From Spirochaetia bacterium (GTDB lineage: Bacteria > Spirochaetota > Spirochaetia > SZUA-6 > Bin103), in NCBI GenBank assembly GCA_965203515.1, contig OZ241907.1:3616001-3680000 (forward strand): DNA of 64,000 nt. The letters run 5' to 3'. The notes under the pieces are model-generated. The model made no database searches. It was not told the DNA's origin and worked only from the letters and a program-made list of their open reading frames with translations. The number at the start of each line of letters is the position of its first letter. The stretch's first letter is position 1. Shown here in pieces: positions 54,663 to 63,090 of this stretch. Made by a program: the position numbers and the translations under genes.

Positions 54663-55538
54663 GTGCACGTACGCGAAGACGCATTTCTCACCCCGACGCC
54701 GGCAGGCGCGCGCCGCCGGCAGTCACTGCTGCCGGTTACGGCCGCGTTGCTGGCCTTGACGCTGGCCGCCTGCGGCGGCGGTTCCGACGACGGCGGCTCT
54801 GCCGAAGGCGAGCAGGCCGAAGCCGAGCAGCCCGCGACCACGCCGAGCGCCGAGCGGTCGCAGACCGCGGCGGGACCCGGCCCGCTGACCGCGACCATCA
54901 GCGGCACCATCACCTTCGGCGCCGAAGCGACGCGCGAGCCGCGCGTGCTGAACATGGAGGCCGATCCGGTCTGTGTCGAGAAGAACGCCGAGAATCCCAG
55001 GACCGAGCAGGCGTTCCTGCTCGACGAATCGAAGGGGATCGCCAACGTCCTGATCCAGGTCAAGTCGGGGCTCCCCGACATGGAGTTCGCGGCTGCCGAG
55101 TCGGAGATCGTCTTCACGCAGTCGGGCTGCGTCTACGACCCGCACGTCCTGATCGCGCGGGTCGGCCAGACCGTCAAGATCCTCAACCCCGACGGCACGC
55201 TGCACAACGTGCACGTCTTCGGCAAGGTCAATGAGGAGTTCAACCAGGCGATGCCGGCGTTCCAGACCGAGATCGAGCGCGTGTTCGACAGGGTGGAGAC
55301 CGAACCGTTCGCCATCAAGTGCGACGTGCATCCGTGGATGAACGCCTTTGGAGTGGTGCTCGACCACCCGTACGCGGCGGTCACCGCCGCCGACGGGGGC
55401 TTCAGCATCCCGAACCTGCCGGCCGGCACCTATCAGGTGGAGGTCTGGCACGAGCTGCTGGGCCGGCAGACCCATGAGGTGACCGTCGCGGAAGGCGGCA
55501 CGACCACGCTCGATCTCACGTTGCAGCCGCCGGGCTGA
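54663..55538 (+). CDS. Lipoprotein with cupredoxin-like and carboxypeptidase-regulatory-like domains
   Basis: Lipobox LAAC, GCVYDPHV, LHNVH, KCDVHPWM (type-1 Cu C/H/M loop), NLPAGTYQVEVWHE. First gene of the oxidase operon. Start codon uncertain. Confidence 0.85.
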   Translation: MHVREDAFLTPTPAGARRRQSLLPVTAALLALTLAACGGGSDDGGSAEGEQAEAEQPATTPSAERSQTAAGPGPLTATISGTITFGAEATREPRVLNMEADPVCVEKNAENPRTEQAFLLDESKGIANVLIQVKSGLPDMEFAAAESEIVFTQSGCVYDPHVLIARVGQTVKILNPDGTLHNVHVFGKVNEEFNQAMPAFQTEIERVFDRVETEPFAIKCDVHPWMNAFGVVLDHPYAAVTAADGGFSIPNLPAGTYQVEVWHELLGRQTHEVTVAEGGTTTLDLTLQPPG

Positions 55539-55555
55539 CGCAGCGAGCTGACGCA

Positions 55556-57349
55556 GTGGCGCACGCCGGCACCGCCGACCACGCGCACGGCGACCACACG
55601 CACGGGGACCATCCGCCGGAGCCGTTCTGGCGGAAGTACATCTTCTCCGTCGATCACAAGACGATCGGCATCCAGTATGGCATCACCGCGCTGGTCTTCC
55701 TGTTCTTCGGCTTCTGTCTGGTGATGCTCATGCGCTACAGCCTTGCCTACCCCGGCCGGCCGGTGCCGCTGCTGGGCGGTCTGCTCGGCCTGCCGGAGCC
55801 GGGCGCCATCCCGCCGGAGTTCTACAACCAGCTCGGCGCCATGCACGGCACGATCATGGTGTTCCTGGGCGTCGTGCCGCTGGCGGTCGGCGCGTTCGGC
55901 AACTACTTCGTGCCGCTGCAGGTCGGCGCCCCGGACATGGCGTTCCCGAAGCTGAACATGGCCAGCTACTGGGTCTACTTCGCCGGCGGCGTGATCATGC
56001 TGATCAGCTTCTTCGTGCCCGGCGGCGCCGCCAAGTCCGGCTGGACCTCCTACGCGCCGCTGTCGGTGATCGAGACGGTGGGGCAGACGTGGTGGCTGAT
56101 CGGCATGGTGTTCCTGATCACCTCGTCGCTGCTCGGCTCGATTAACATCATCACCACGATCGTGCAGCTCCGCGCGCCGGGGCTCTCCTGGATGCGCCTG
56201 CCGTTCTTCGTCTGGGCGCAGCTCATCACCTCGTTCCTGCTGCTGCTGGCGTTTCCGCCCCTGGAGGCGGCCGGCGTGCTGCAGCTCCTGGACCGGTTGG
56301 CGGGGACCAGCTTCTTCCTGCCGAGCGGACTGGTCGTCTCCGGCGAGCCGCTGCAGGTGGCCGGCGGCGGCAGCGTGCTGCTGTGGCAGCACCTGTTCTG
56401 GTTCCTGGCCCATCCGGAGGTCTACGTCCTGATCCTGCCGGCGTTCGGCATCATCGCCGAAGTGATCGCCAACAACACGCGCAAGCCGCTGTGGGGTTAC
56501 AAGTCGCTGGTCTACGCGGCGCTGTTCATGGGTTTCATGTCGTTCATCGTATGGGCGCACCACATGTTCCTGACCGGCATGGGCACGGTGATCAGCTCCT
56601 TCTTCCAATTGACGACCATGATCATCTCGGTGCCGTCGATCGTCATCCTCACGGCGTTGATGCTGTCGCTGTGGGGCGGCTCGATCCGCTTCACCGCGCC
56701 GATGAAGTTCGCGTTGGCCTTCATCCCGATGTTCGGCATCGGCGGCCTGACCGGCCTGCCGCTCGGCCTGGCCACCGCCGACATCTACCTGCACGACACC
56801 TACTACGTGATCGGCCACTTCCACTACGTCGTGGCGCCCGGGTCGCTGTTCGGACTGTTCGCGGGGATCTACTACTGGTTCCCGAAGGTGACCGGCCGAC
56901 GCCTCAACGAACGGCTGGCGAGCTGGCACTTCTGGCCCTCGCTGGTCTTCATGAACGGGGTCTTCTTTCCGATGTTCGTTCAGGGCATGGCCGGCGTGTC
57001 ACGGCGGCTGTACGACGGCGGCGCCCTGTACGCGCACGCCCAGGACGTGCTGTGGCTCAATGAGGTGATGTCGATCTCCTCGTGGGGGCTCGGCCTCGCG
57101 CAGATATTCTTCATCGTCAACTTCATCGTCAGCCTGCGAAAGCCCAAGGAGGCGGAAGACAATCCGTGGGAGGCGACCACCCTGGAGTGGACGGCGCCGT
57201 CACCGCCGCTGCCGCACGTCAACTTCCGGGCGCCGGTGAGCGTGTCCCGCCAGCCGTACGATTACAGCCCGGCCGGCAGCGACGCAGGGTTCCTGCCGCA
57301 GCACGATCCGGCCGGACCCGCGCCCAGCGGCGCCGGCCCCGGCCACTGA
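55556..57349 (+). CDS. ctaD: Cytochrome c oxidase subunit I, A1 type
   Basis: DHKTIG, MHGTIM, DMAFP, WFLAHPEVY (A1 glutamate), WAHHM, GHFHY. Confidence 0.97.
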   Translation: MAHAGTADHAHGDHTHGDHPPEPFWRKYIFSVDHKTIGIQYGITALVFLFFGFCLVMLMRYSLAYPGRPVPLLGGLLGLPEPGAIPPEFYNQLGAMHGTIMVFLGVVPLAVGAFGNYFVPLQVGAPDMAFPKLNMASYWVYFAGGVIMLISFFVPGGAAKSGWTSYAPLSVIETVGQTWWLIGMVFLITSSLLGSINIITTIVQLRAPGLSWMRLPFFVWAQLITSFLLLLAFPPLEAAGVLQLLDRLAGTSFFLPSGLVVSGEPLQVAGGGSVLLWQHLFWFLAHPEVYVLILPAFGIIAEVIANNTRKPLWGYKSLVYAALFMGFMSFIVWAHHMFLTGMGTVISSFFQLTTMIISVPSIVILTALMLSLWGGSIRFTAPMKFALAFIPMFGIGGLTGLPLGLATADIYLHDTYYVIGHFHYVVAPGSLFGLFAGIYYWFPKVTGRRLNERLASWHFWPSLVFMNGVFFPMFVQGMAGVSRRLYDGGALYAHAQDVLWLNEVMSISSWGLGLAQIFFIVNFIVSLRKPKEAEDNPWEATTLEWTAPSPPLPHVNFRAPVSVSRQPYDYSPAGSDAGFLPQHDPAGPAPSGAGPGH

Positions 57350-57361
57350 GCGACCGCCGCC

Positions 57362-57955
57362 ATGGATATTCCGTACACTTCGGCCGAACATCCGGAGACG
57401 CGCCTCTACAACGGCAAGCTCGGCATCTGGCTGTTTCTGGCCTCCGAGGTGCTGCTGTTCGGCGCCTTCTTCTCCACCTACATCCTGCTTCGCGTCGGCG
57501 CCGCCGGCGACTGGCCGGTGCAGGCGGAGTTGCTCAACATACCGCTGGCGACCGTCAACACCGTGATCCTGATCTCTTCCAGCGTGACGATGGTGATGGC
57601 GTGGGCGTCGCTGAAGCTGGAGCGGTTCGACCGCTTCGTCCTGTTCTTCGGCGCCACCATCGTCCTGGCGCTCGCCTTCCTGGTCATCAAGGGGTTCGAG
57701 TACGCGGCGGAGTTCTCCCATCACCGCTATCCCAGCACCAATACCTTTCTGGGTATCTACTTCACCATGACCGGCCTGCACGGCGTGCACATCCTGGCCG
57801 GCGTGGTGGTCAACGGCTACCACTTGGCGACGGCGCGCCGGTGGTACCGGGACGACCCGGAGCGGCTGGCCAACCGTATCGAGATCGCCGGACTGTACTG
57901 GCACTTCGTGGACCTGATCTGGATATTCCTGTTCCCGGTCCTGTACCTGATCTGA
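57362..57955 (+). CDS. ctaE: Cytochrome c oxidase subunit III (short form)
   Basis: WLFLASEVLLF, NTVILISSS, TGLHGVH, YWHFVDLIW. Confidence 0.95.
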   Translation: MDIPYTSAEHPETRLYNGKLGIWLFLASEVLLFGAFFSTYILLRVGAAGDWPVQAELLNIPLATVNTVILISSSVTMVMAWASLKLERFDRFVLFFGATIVLALAFLVIKGFEYAAEFSHHRYPSTNTFLGIYFTMTGLHGVHILAGVVVNGYHLATARRWYRDDPERLANRIEIAGLYWHFVDLIWIFLFPVLYLI

Positions 57956-57977
57956 CGATGAGCGCACCGAGGAGTCG

Positions 57978-58295
57978 ATGATGGCCGATCAGCACGTCGA
58001 GAAGCACGTCCGCCAGTACCTGACGGTGTTCGTCGCGTTGCTGGTGCTGACCGTGGTCACGGTGCTGGCCAGCCGCATCGATCTGGGGGACACCGGCGGC
58101 GTCATCCTCGCCATGATCATCGCCGGCGTGAAGGGCACCCTGGTGGCCGGCGTGTTCATGCATCTGTTCAGCGACAAGCGCAAGTTGATCTACGTGGTGT
58201 TGATCTATACCGGCATCTTCCTGCTGGCGCTGTTTCTGCTCACGGCCCTGAGCTTCGGCGACTCGATCGACCTCGGGAAAGCGGATTCCGGGTAG
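57978..58295 (+). CDS. ctaF: Cytochrome c oxidase subunit IV family protein
   Basis: YLTVFVALLVLT, KGTLVAGVFMHL, three TMs, follows subunit III. Confidence 0.88.
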   Translation: MMADQHVEKHVRQYLTVFVALLVLTVVTVLASRIDLGDTGGVILAMIIAGVKGTLVAGVFMHLFSDKRKLIYVVLIYTGIFLLALFLLTALSFGDSIDLGKADSG

Positions 58296-58299
58296 CTGC

Positions 58300-58503
58300 A
58301 TGTCGCTCAAGGTGTTCCACGTCATCTTCGTCAGCGTCGCCGGGCTGTTTCTGGCGCTGTTCGCGCTGTGGGCGTTGCTGTTCGCGCCCGGTCTCGACCG
58401 CGGACCGGCGGTCGCGCTGGGGGTAGGCGCGGCCGTCGCGCTGGCGGCGTTGATCGCCGCCGAGCGGCGCGTGCTGGCCAGCCTGCCGCGGAGGACGCGG
58501 TGA
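58300..58503 (+). CDS. Small two-TM protein in the oxidase operon
   Basis: MSLKVFHVIF. Tightly packed between its neighbours. Confidence 0.75.
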   Translation: MSLKVFHVIFVSVAGLFLALFALWALLFAPGLDRGPAVALGVGAAVALAALIAAERRVLASLPRRTR

Positions 58504-58775
58504 TACGCCGGCGCGCGGCGCGGCTGCACCCGGCGCTGACGGCGGCGGCGCTGCTGTTGGCGCCGCGCGCGGCCGGCGCCTGCGCGGTCTGCTTTGGCGA
58601 TCCCGACTCGCCGGCCTCCAAGGGGCTTACCGCCGCCGTGCTGTTCCTGGTCGGGGTCATCGTCGCGGTGCTGGCCGGGGTGGCGCTGTTCGCGATCTCC
58701 ATGCTGCGGCGCGCGGAGCGGCAGCACGGGCACGGCTCGCGGAGCGCCGCGCCGACCGGTGGAACCGATGGTTGA
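58500..58775 (+). CDS. Small exported, membrane-anchored CxxC protein
   Basis: GTGA overlap start. Signal-like peptide ending AGA, then CAVCFG and one TM. Confidence 0.75.
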   Translation: MIRRRAARLHPALTAAALLLAPRAAGACAVCFGDPDSPASKGLTAAVLFLVGVIVAVLAGVALFAISMLRRAERQHGHGSRSAAPTGGTDG

Positions 58776-59547
58776 GTTTGCGCGGGCGCTCGGCCTGCCG
58801 ATCGACATCTCCGCCGACGGCTACCGGATCGACGCGATCATCGGGTGGGTGCACGTGCTGATGTTCGTGCTGTTCGTCGGCTGGGGCGCGTTCTTCATCT
58901 ACACGATGATCCGGTTCCGGCGGCGCAACCACCCGCAGGCCGACCCGCAGGGCGTGCGCAGCCACGCGACCAGTTACCTGGAAGGCGCCGTGGTCGTGGT
59001 CGAGCTGGTGCTGCTGTTCGCGTTGTCGGTGCCGTTCTGGGCCGGCGTGGTGGTACGGGTGCCGGAGCCGTCGGAGGCGATGCGGGTGCGGGTGATCGCG
59101 CAGCAGTTCCAGTGGAACGTCCATTACGCCGGCCCCGACGGCGTGTTCGGCCGCACCGATCCGGCGTTGGTGCGCCCGCAGGAGAACAATCACATCGGCC
59201 TGGACCGCGACGACCTGTTCGGGAAGGACGACGTGATGACCAACAACCAGCTCAACCTGCCGGTCGACCAGCCGGTGGTGATCGAGCTGTCGAGCCTGGA
59301 CGTCGTGCACAGCTTCTTCGTGCCGGTACTGCGCGTGAAGCAGGACGCCGTTCCCGGTTTGGTGATCCCGCTCAGCTTCACCGCCACCGCGACCGGCAAG
59401 CACGAGATCGCGTGCGCGCAGCTCTGCGGCATCGGCCACGCGCAGATGCGCGGCTTCATCACCTTGATGGAGGGGGCCGAGTTCGATCAGTGGCTGGCGG
59501 AGCGGTCGCGGGAGGCGCAGGAGGCGGGGCCGACCGGCTTCTTCTGA
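58768..59547 (+). CDS. ctaC: Cytochrome c oxidase subunit II
   Basis: Two TMs, AQQFQW, DVVHSFF, KQDAVPG, CuA loop CAQLCGIGHAQM. ATG at 58768. Confidence 0.95.
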   Translation: MVEFARALGLPIDISADGYRIDAIIGWVHVLMFVLFVGWGAFFIYTMIRFRRRNHPQADPQGVRSHATSYLEGAVVVVELVLLFALSVPFWAGVVVRVPEPSEAMRVRVIAQQFQWNVHYAGPDGVFGRTDPALVRPQENNHIGLDRDDLFGKDDVMTNNQLNLPVDQPVVIELSSLDVVHSFFVPVLRVKQDAVPGLVIPLSFTATATGKHEIACAQLCGIGHAQMRGFITLMEGAEFDQWLAERSREAQEAGPTGFF

Positions 59548-59556
59548 TCGCCGCTC

Positions 59557-60036
59557 TCACGGCAGGGTCCGTGCCAGAAAGCCGCGAAACCGGTCCAGAT
59601 CACGCCGTACCAGGGGCACCACCCGCCGATAGACGTCGCACAGATAGTCGAGCCGCGCCCAATCGTAGTCCATCTCGTAGTAGTTGCGCCTGAAGTGGCG
59701 GAAGCGCCGGAGCTCGTGCAGAAGCCGCTGCGTCCGATCGTCGATCACCGGCTCACGGACACCGTCGACGTGCAGCGTCATCTTGTCGAGCAGGTCGGCG
59801 TGCCAGCGATCCTCGGCCAGAGCGTTCTCGAAGTGCTGGGAGATACGCAAGAACAGCGTCTCCAGGGCCGTGTAGGTGTTCTCCAGCGTCTGTGCGACGT
59901 AAGCCGCGGATACCTCCGACCGTCCGATCCGCGGCAGCTCGCAGGTCAGAAACGTCTCCAGCTTCGCTGCCATTCCGTCGACCACGTCGGTGATGCGTTC
60001 GATCTGCGCCGGCAACAGCTCGGCTTCAGTCGCCAC
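59557..60036 (-). CDS. HEPN/HepT-like domain protein (toxin partner of MNT)
   Basis: ENTYTALETLFLRI, WHADLL, LRRFRHFRRNYY. GTG 60036 overlaps the MNT stop by 11 nt. Confidence 0.82.
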   Translation of the reverse strand: MATEAELLPAQIERITDVVDGMAAKLETFLTCELPRIGRSEVSAAYVAQTLENTYTALETLFLRISQHFENALAEDRWHADLLDKMTLHVDGVREPVIDDRTQRLLHELRRFRHFRRNYYEMDYDWARLDYLCDVYRRVVPLVRRDLDRFRGFLARTLP

Positions 60037-60400
60037 GGACGATCCTGCCCCGAGCACGGATCGAGTCGGCGAACGCCGGATGCAGCTTGTCGAGTTCGAC
60101 GACGTGCACCGGCAGGCGGGTCCGCGCCTCCGCGTCGGCGATGATCGCGAAGTAGTCCGCCGGCGATGCGACCCCTTCCAGTGCGATGTCGATATCCGAC
60201 CGTTCCGAAAAATGGGCGTCATGGATCAGCGACCCCCACTGCCAGATACGCCGGGGACGGTACGTAATCCAGACGTGATCGACGATGATCTCGAAGTCGG
60301 CGCGCGCCCGGCGCAGCCGGGCGGCCAGCAGCGCCTGACGCTCCTGAGATCGGCGCCGCAGGCGGGCGCGCATCTGCCGTAGCTCGGCCTCGCCGGTCAT
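60026..60400 (-). CDS. Minimal nucleotidyltransferase (MntA-like antitoxin)
   Basis: WQWGSL...SDIDIALEG motif, 124 aa, directly upstream of the HEPN gene. Confidence 0.87.
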   Translation of the reverse strand: MTGEAELRQMRARLRRRSQERQALLAARLRRARADFEIIVDHVWITYRPRRIWQWGSLIHDAHFSERSDIDIALEGVASPADYFAIIADAEARTRLPVHVVELDKLHPAFADSIRARGRIVRGD

Positions 60401-60418
60401 GAGGTTCGGGCCGCGTGC

Positions 60419-61372
60419 CTAGGGCGCGCTCACCGTTCCGGTCTCCCGCTCGCGACGGCAGGCCAGCAGCAGCTCCGCCGCCGCCGGCAGCGGGTAGTCG
60501 AGCCGCTCGGCGGTCGCGGCGGCCGACATGGTGGTGTCGTGCGGGATGGTCGCGCCGGCCGTCGCCGACCAGTCCGGCGGCCCGTTGCGGATCAGGCCGG
60601 CGTCCAGATCGAACGCCCGCGCCGCCGCCCGCGCCGCCTCCATCCGCGACAGACTGGCGCCGGAGCAGCAGTGGAAGGTCCCGCGCGCGCCGCGCTCGAT
60701 GATCCGCATGATCATCTTCGCGCTCTCGCTGGCCAGGCTGAGGGTGGCGCGCATGTTGATCGCCCCGTGCCAGAGGACGAAGGGCCGGCCGGCGGCGAGC
60801 GCGTCGACGACGGCGGTGATCAGGTTCCCGAACCCGACGTTCTGCGTGAGCGGCGTATCCGGGCGCGTCCAGTGGACGCCGCTGACGCCCGATATGCGCG
60901 CGACCGCACCGTCACGGGCCGCCTCCAGCACGGCCGTCTCGCCGACCACCTTGTGGACGCCGTAGAGATTGAGCGGGTTGGGCGGGGTCCGCTCGTCGGA
61001 GTCGCTCCGCGTGCCGTCGAACACCCAGTCCGAGGAGACCAGGATCATCTTCGCGCCGACCTGATTGGCGGCTTCGGTCAGGTAGCGGGTGGAGTCGACG
61101 TTGGCGCGCCACGACCGCGCCGGATCGCGGTACATGCGGTTGAAGTCGTTGAGGATCGCCGCGTGGATGATCGCGTCCGGCCCGAAGGCGCGCACGCTGT
61201 CGAGCACCTGCTCCCGGTCGGTCACGTCGACGCTGCCGTGCCGGTAGGGGACGGGAGCATCCGGCCGCCACCGGTGGACGGTCGTGAATACCGCCGCGCC
61301 GTAGTGCTCGACCGCGACCTTGACGATGTTGCTGCCGACGAAGCCGGTCCCACCGGTCACGTACAATCTCAT
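60419..61372 (-). CDS. NAD(P)-dependent sugar-nucleotide reductase/epimerase, RmlD-like SDR
   Basis: VTGGTGFVG, IIHAA, VSSDWVFDG, PNPLNLYGVHK (YxxxK). ATG at 61372. Confidence 0.88.
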   Translation of the reverse strand: MRLYVTGGTGFVGSNIVKVAVEHYGAAVFTTVHRWRPDAPVPYRHGSVDVTDREQVLDSVRAFGPDAIIHAAILNDFNRMYRDPARSWRANVDSTRYLTEAANQVGAKMILVSSDWVFDGTRSDSDERTPPNPLNLYGVHKVVGETAVLEAARDGAVARISGVSGVHWTRPDTPLTQNVGFGNLITAVVDALAAGRPFVLWHGAINMRATLSLASESAKMIMRIIERGARGTFHCCSGASLSRMEAARAAARAFDLDAGLIRNGPPDWSATAGATIPHDTTMSAAATAERLDYPLPAAAELLLACRRERETGTVSAP

Positions 61373-61401
61373 GGCGCCTCCCGTCCGATCATACGCCGCC
61401 G

Positions 61402-62580
61402 TCACCTCAGGGTCAGCCGGCAGTCGATCCAGCGGCCGCCGGCGTTGGAAGAGGCGAGCGCCGCCTCCACGAACCGGACGCCGCGCGCGCCGTCCTCGAC
61501 GGTGGGAAAGTGCAGCGCCAGCGGATCGGCCGCGCGCCCGGACCGGCGGGCGGCGATCGCCTCGGCGGCGTCCGCGTAGATGTTGGCGAACCCCTCGTGG
61601 AAGCCTTCCGGATGGCCTTTGCCGATGCGGCTGCCGCGGGCCGACAGCGGCAGCGTGCCCGGACCGTTGCGGGTCCGCACCTGCGCCGGACCGTCGAGCG
61701 GCAGGAAGCGCAGCTCGTTCGCCCGGTCCTGATGCCACTCGACCGTCCCCAGAGCGCCGGAGATGCGGAACCCCAGGCTGCTTTCGACGCCGGCCGCCGC
61801 CTGCGTCGCCCACAGGCAGCCGCGCGCGCCGCCCGTGAACCGCAGCAGCACGCCGGCGTAGTCGTCCACGCGCCGCCCCGGCACGATCGCGCCGACGTCG
61901 GCTGAGACCGCGGCCAACTCCACGCCGGCCACGTAGCAGACCAGGTGGTGCGCGTGGGTGCCGATGTCGCCCAGGATCAGCGACGGCCCGCTCCGCGCCG
62001 GGTCGAAGCGCCAGCGCGCGGGGCCGGCCGGGCCGCCGGCATTGCCGCCCTGGACGTATTCGACCTGCACCAGCCGGATCTCGCCCAGCTGGCCGGCGGC
62101 GACCATGGCGCGCGCCTGCCGCACCATCGGATACCCGGTGTAGTTGTGGGTGAGGGCGAAGACCCGCCCGGTGTCGCGCACCGCCTGCGCCACCGCCAGG
62201 GCGTCGCCGAGCGAGTTGGCGAGCGGCTTGTCGCAGATGACGTCGAAGCCGCGCTGCAGCGCGGCGACCGAGTACTCCCGGTGCGTATCGTTGGGCGTCA
62301 TGACGGCCACCACGTCCGCGCCGTCGGTTCGGGCGGCCTCCCGGTCGATCAAATCGGCCCCGGAGCCGTACGCGCGCTCGGCCGGCACGCCGATCCGCAG
62401 GGCGGCTGCCCGGCTGCGTTCGGCGTCCGACGACAGGGCCGCGGCGACGATCCGGTAGCGGTCGTCGAGCCGCGCCGCCGCGCGGTGCACCTCGCCGATG
62501 AACGAGCCGGGCCCGCCGCCGATCACGGCCAGCCGCAACCGGCGGCCCAGGGCCTCCACGACCGGGTTGACGTCGGGCAA
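61402..62580 (-). CDS. Gfo/Idh/MocA family oxidoreductase
   Basis: IGGGPGSFIGEVHR, VMTPNDTH, VICDKPL, HNYTGYPMVR, GDIGTH, GHPEG. Confidence 0.92.
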   Translation of the reverse strand: MPDVNPVVEALGRRLRLAVIGGGPGSFIGEVHRAAARLDDRYRIVAAALSSDAERSRAAALRIGVPAERAYGSGADLIDREAARTDGADVVAVMTPNDTHREYSVAALQRGFDVICDKPLANSLGDALAVAQAVRDTGRVFALTHNYTGYPMVRQARAMVAAGQLGEIRLVQVEYVQGGNAGGPAGPARWRFDPARSGPSLILGDIGTHAHHLVCYVAGVELAAVSADVGAIVPGRRVDDYAGVLLRFTGGARGCLWATQAAAGVESSLGFRISGALGTVEWHQDRANELRFLPLDGPAQVRTRNGPGTLPLSARGSRIGKGHPEGFHEGFANIYADAAEAIAARRSGRAADPLALHFPTVEDGARGVRFVEAALASSNAGGRWIDCRLTLR

Positions 62581-62611
62581 ACAGGTCTCCTCCTGATAGT
62601 CTCCGGCGAGA

Positions 62612-63043
62612 CTACGCGAGCAACGCGAACACCGTCGTCAGCGAGGTGATGACCACGAAGCCAACGCCGATCATCCACGTCAGCGTGTTGAACCGCTTGT
62701 CGACCGCCTCGAACCGCTTGTCGATGTGCCCGATCAGATCCTCGAACCGCTTGTCGACCGCCTCGAACCGCTTGTCGATGTACCCGATCAGATCCTCGAA
62801 CCGCTTGTTCATGTCCTCGAAGCGTTTGTCGACCGCTTCGAATCGCTTGTCGATCGCCTCGAACCGCTTATCGAGGTACCCGATCAGATCCTCGAACCGC
62901 TTGTTCATGTCCTCGAAGCGTTTGTCGACCGCGACCGTCTCCGCCCGAGGGACCACGTGGTCGACCAGCTCCCGGAGCCACGGCTTGACGTAGTCCCCGA
63001 TGCGAACGACGTCCTCTTCCTTCAGCATTACCGGCTCTCCCAT
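62612..63043 (-). CDS. Coiled-coil repeat protein with a C-terminal TM anchor
   Basis: Ten KRF-initiated units of 7 or 11 aa followed by WMIGVGFVVITSLTTVFALLA. Confidence 0.85.
   Translation of the reverse strand: MGEPVMLKEEDVVRIGDYVKPWLRELVDHVVPRAETVAVDKRFEDMNKRFEDLIGYLDKRFEAIDKRFEAVDKRFEDMNKRFEDLIGYIDKRFEAVDKRFEDLIGHIDKRFEAVDKRFNTLTWMIGVGFVVITSLTTVFALLA
62690..62930 (-). repeat. Mixed 21-bp and 33-bp in-frame tandem repeats
   Basis: Recurrent TCGAACCGCTTGT on the + strand. Encodes KRFEAVD, KRFEDMN and KRFEDLIGYID units. Confidence 0.9.
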
Positions 63044-63056
63044 CAGCGCCCCCTGC

Positions 63057-63063
63057 TACTATA
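63057..63063. promoter_or_regulatory. Overlapping -10 boxes (TACTAT on +, TATAGT on -) between divergent genes
   Basis: TACTATA in a 47-bp divergent spacer. AAGGAG SD before ATG 63091. Confidence 0.5.
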
Positions 63064-63090
63064 GCCAATAACGCGCCGAAGGAGACACGC

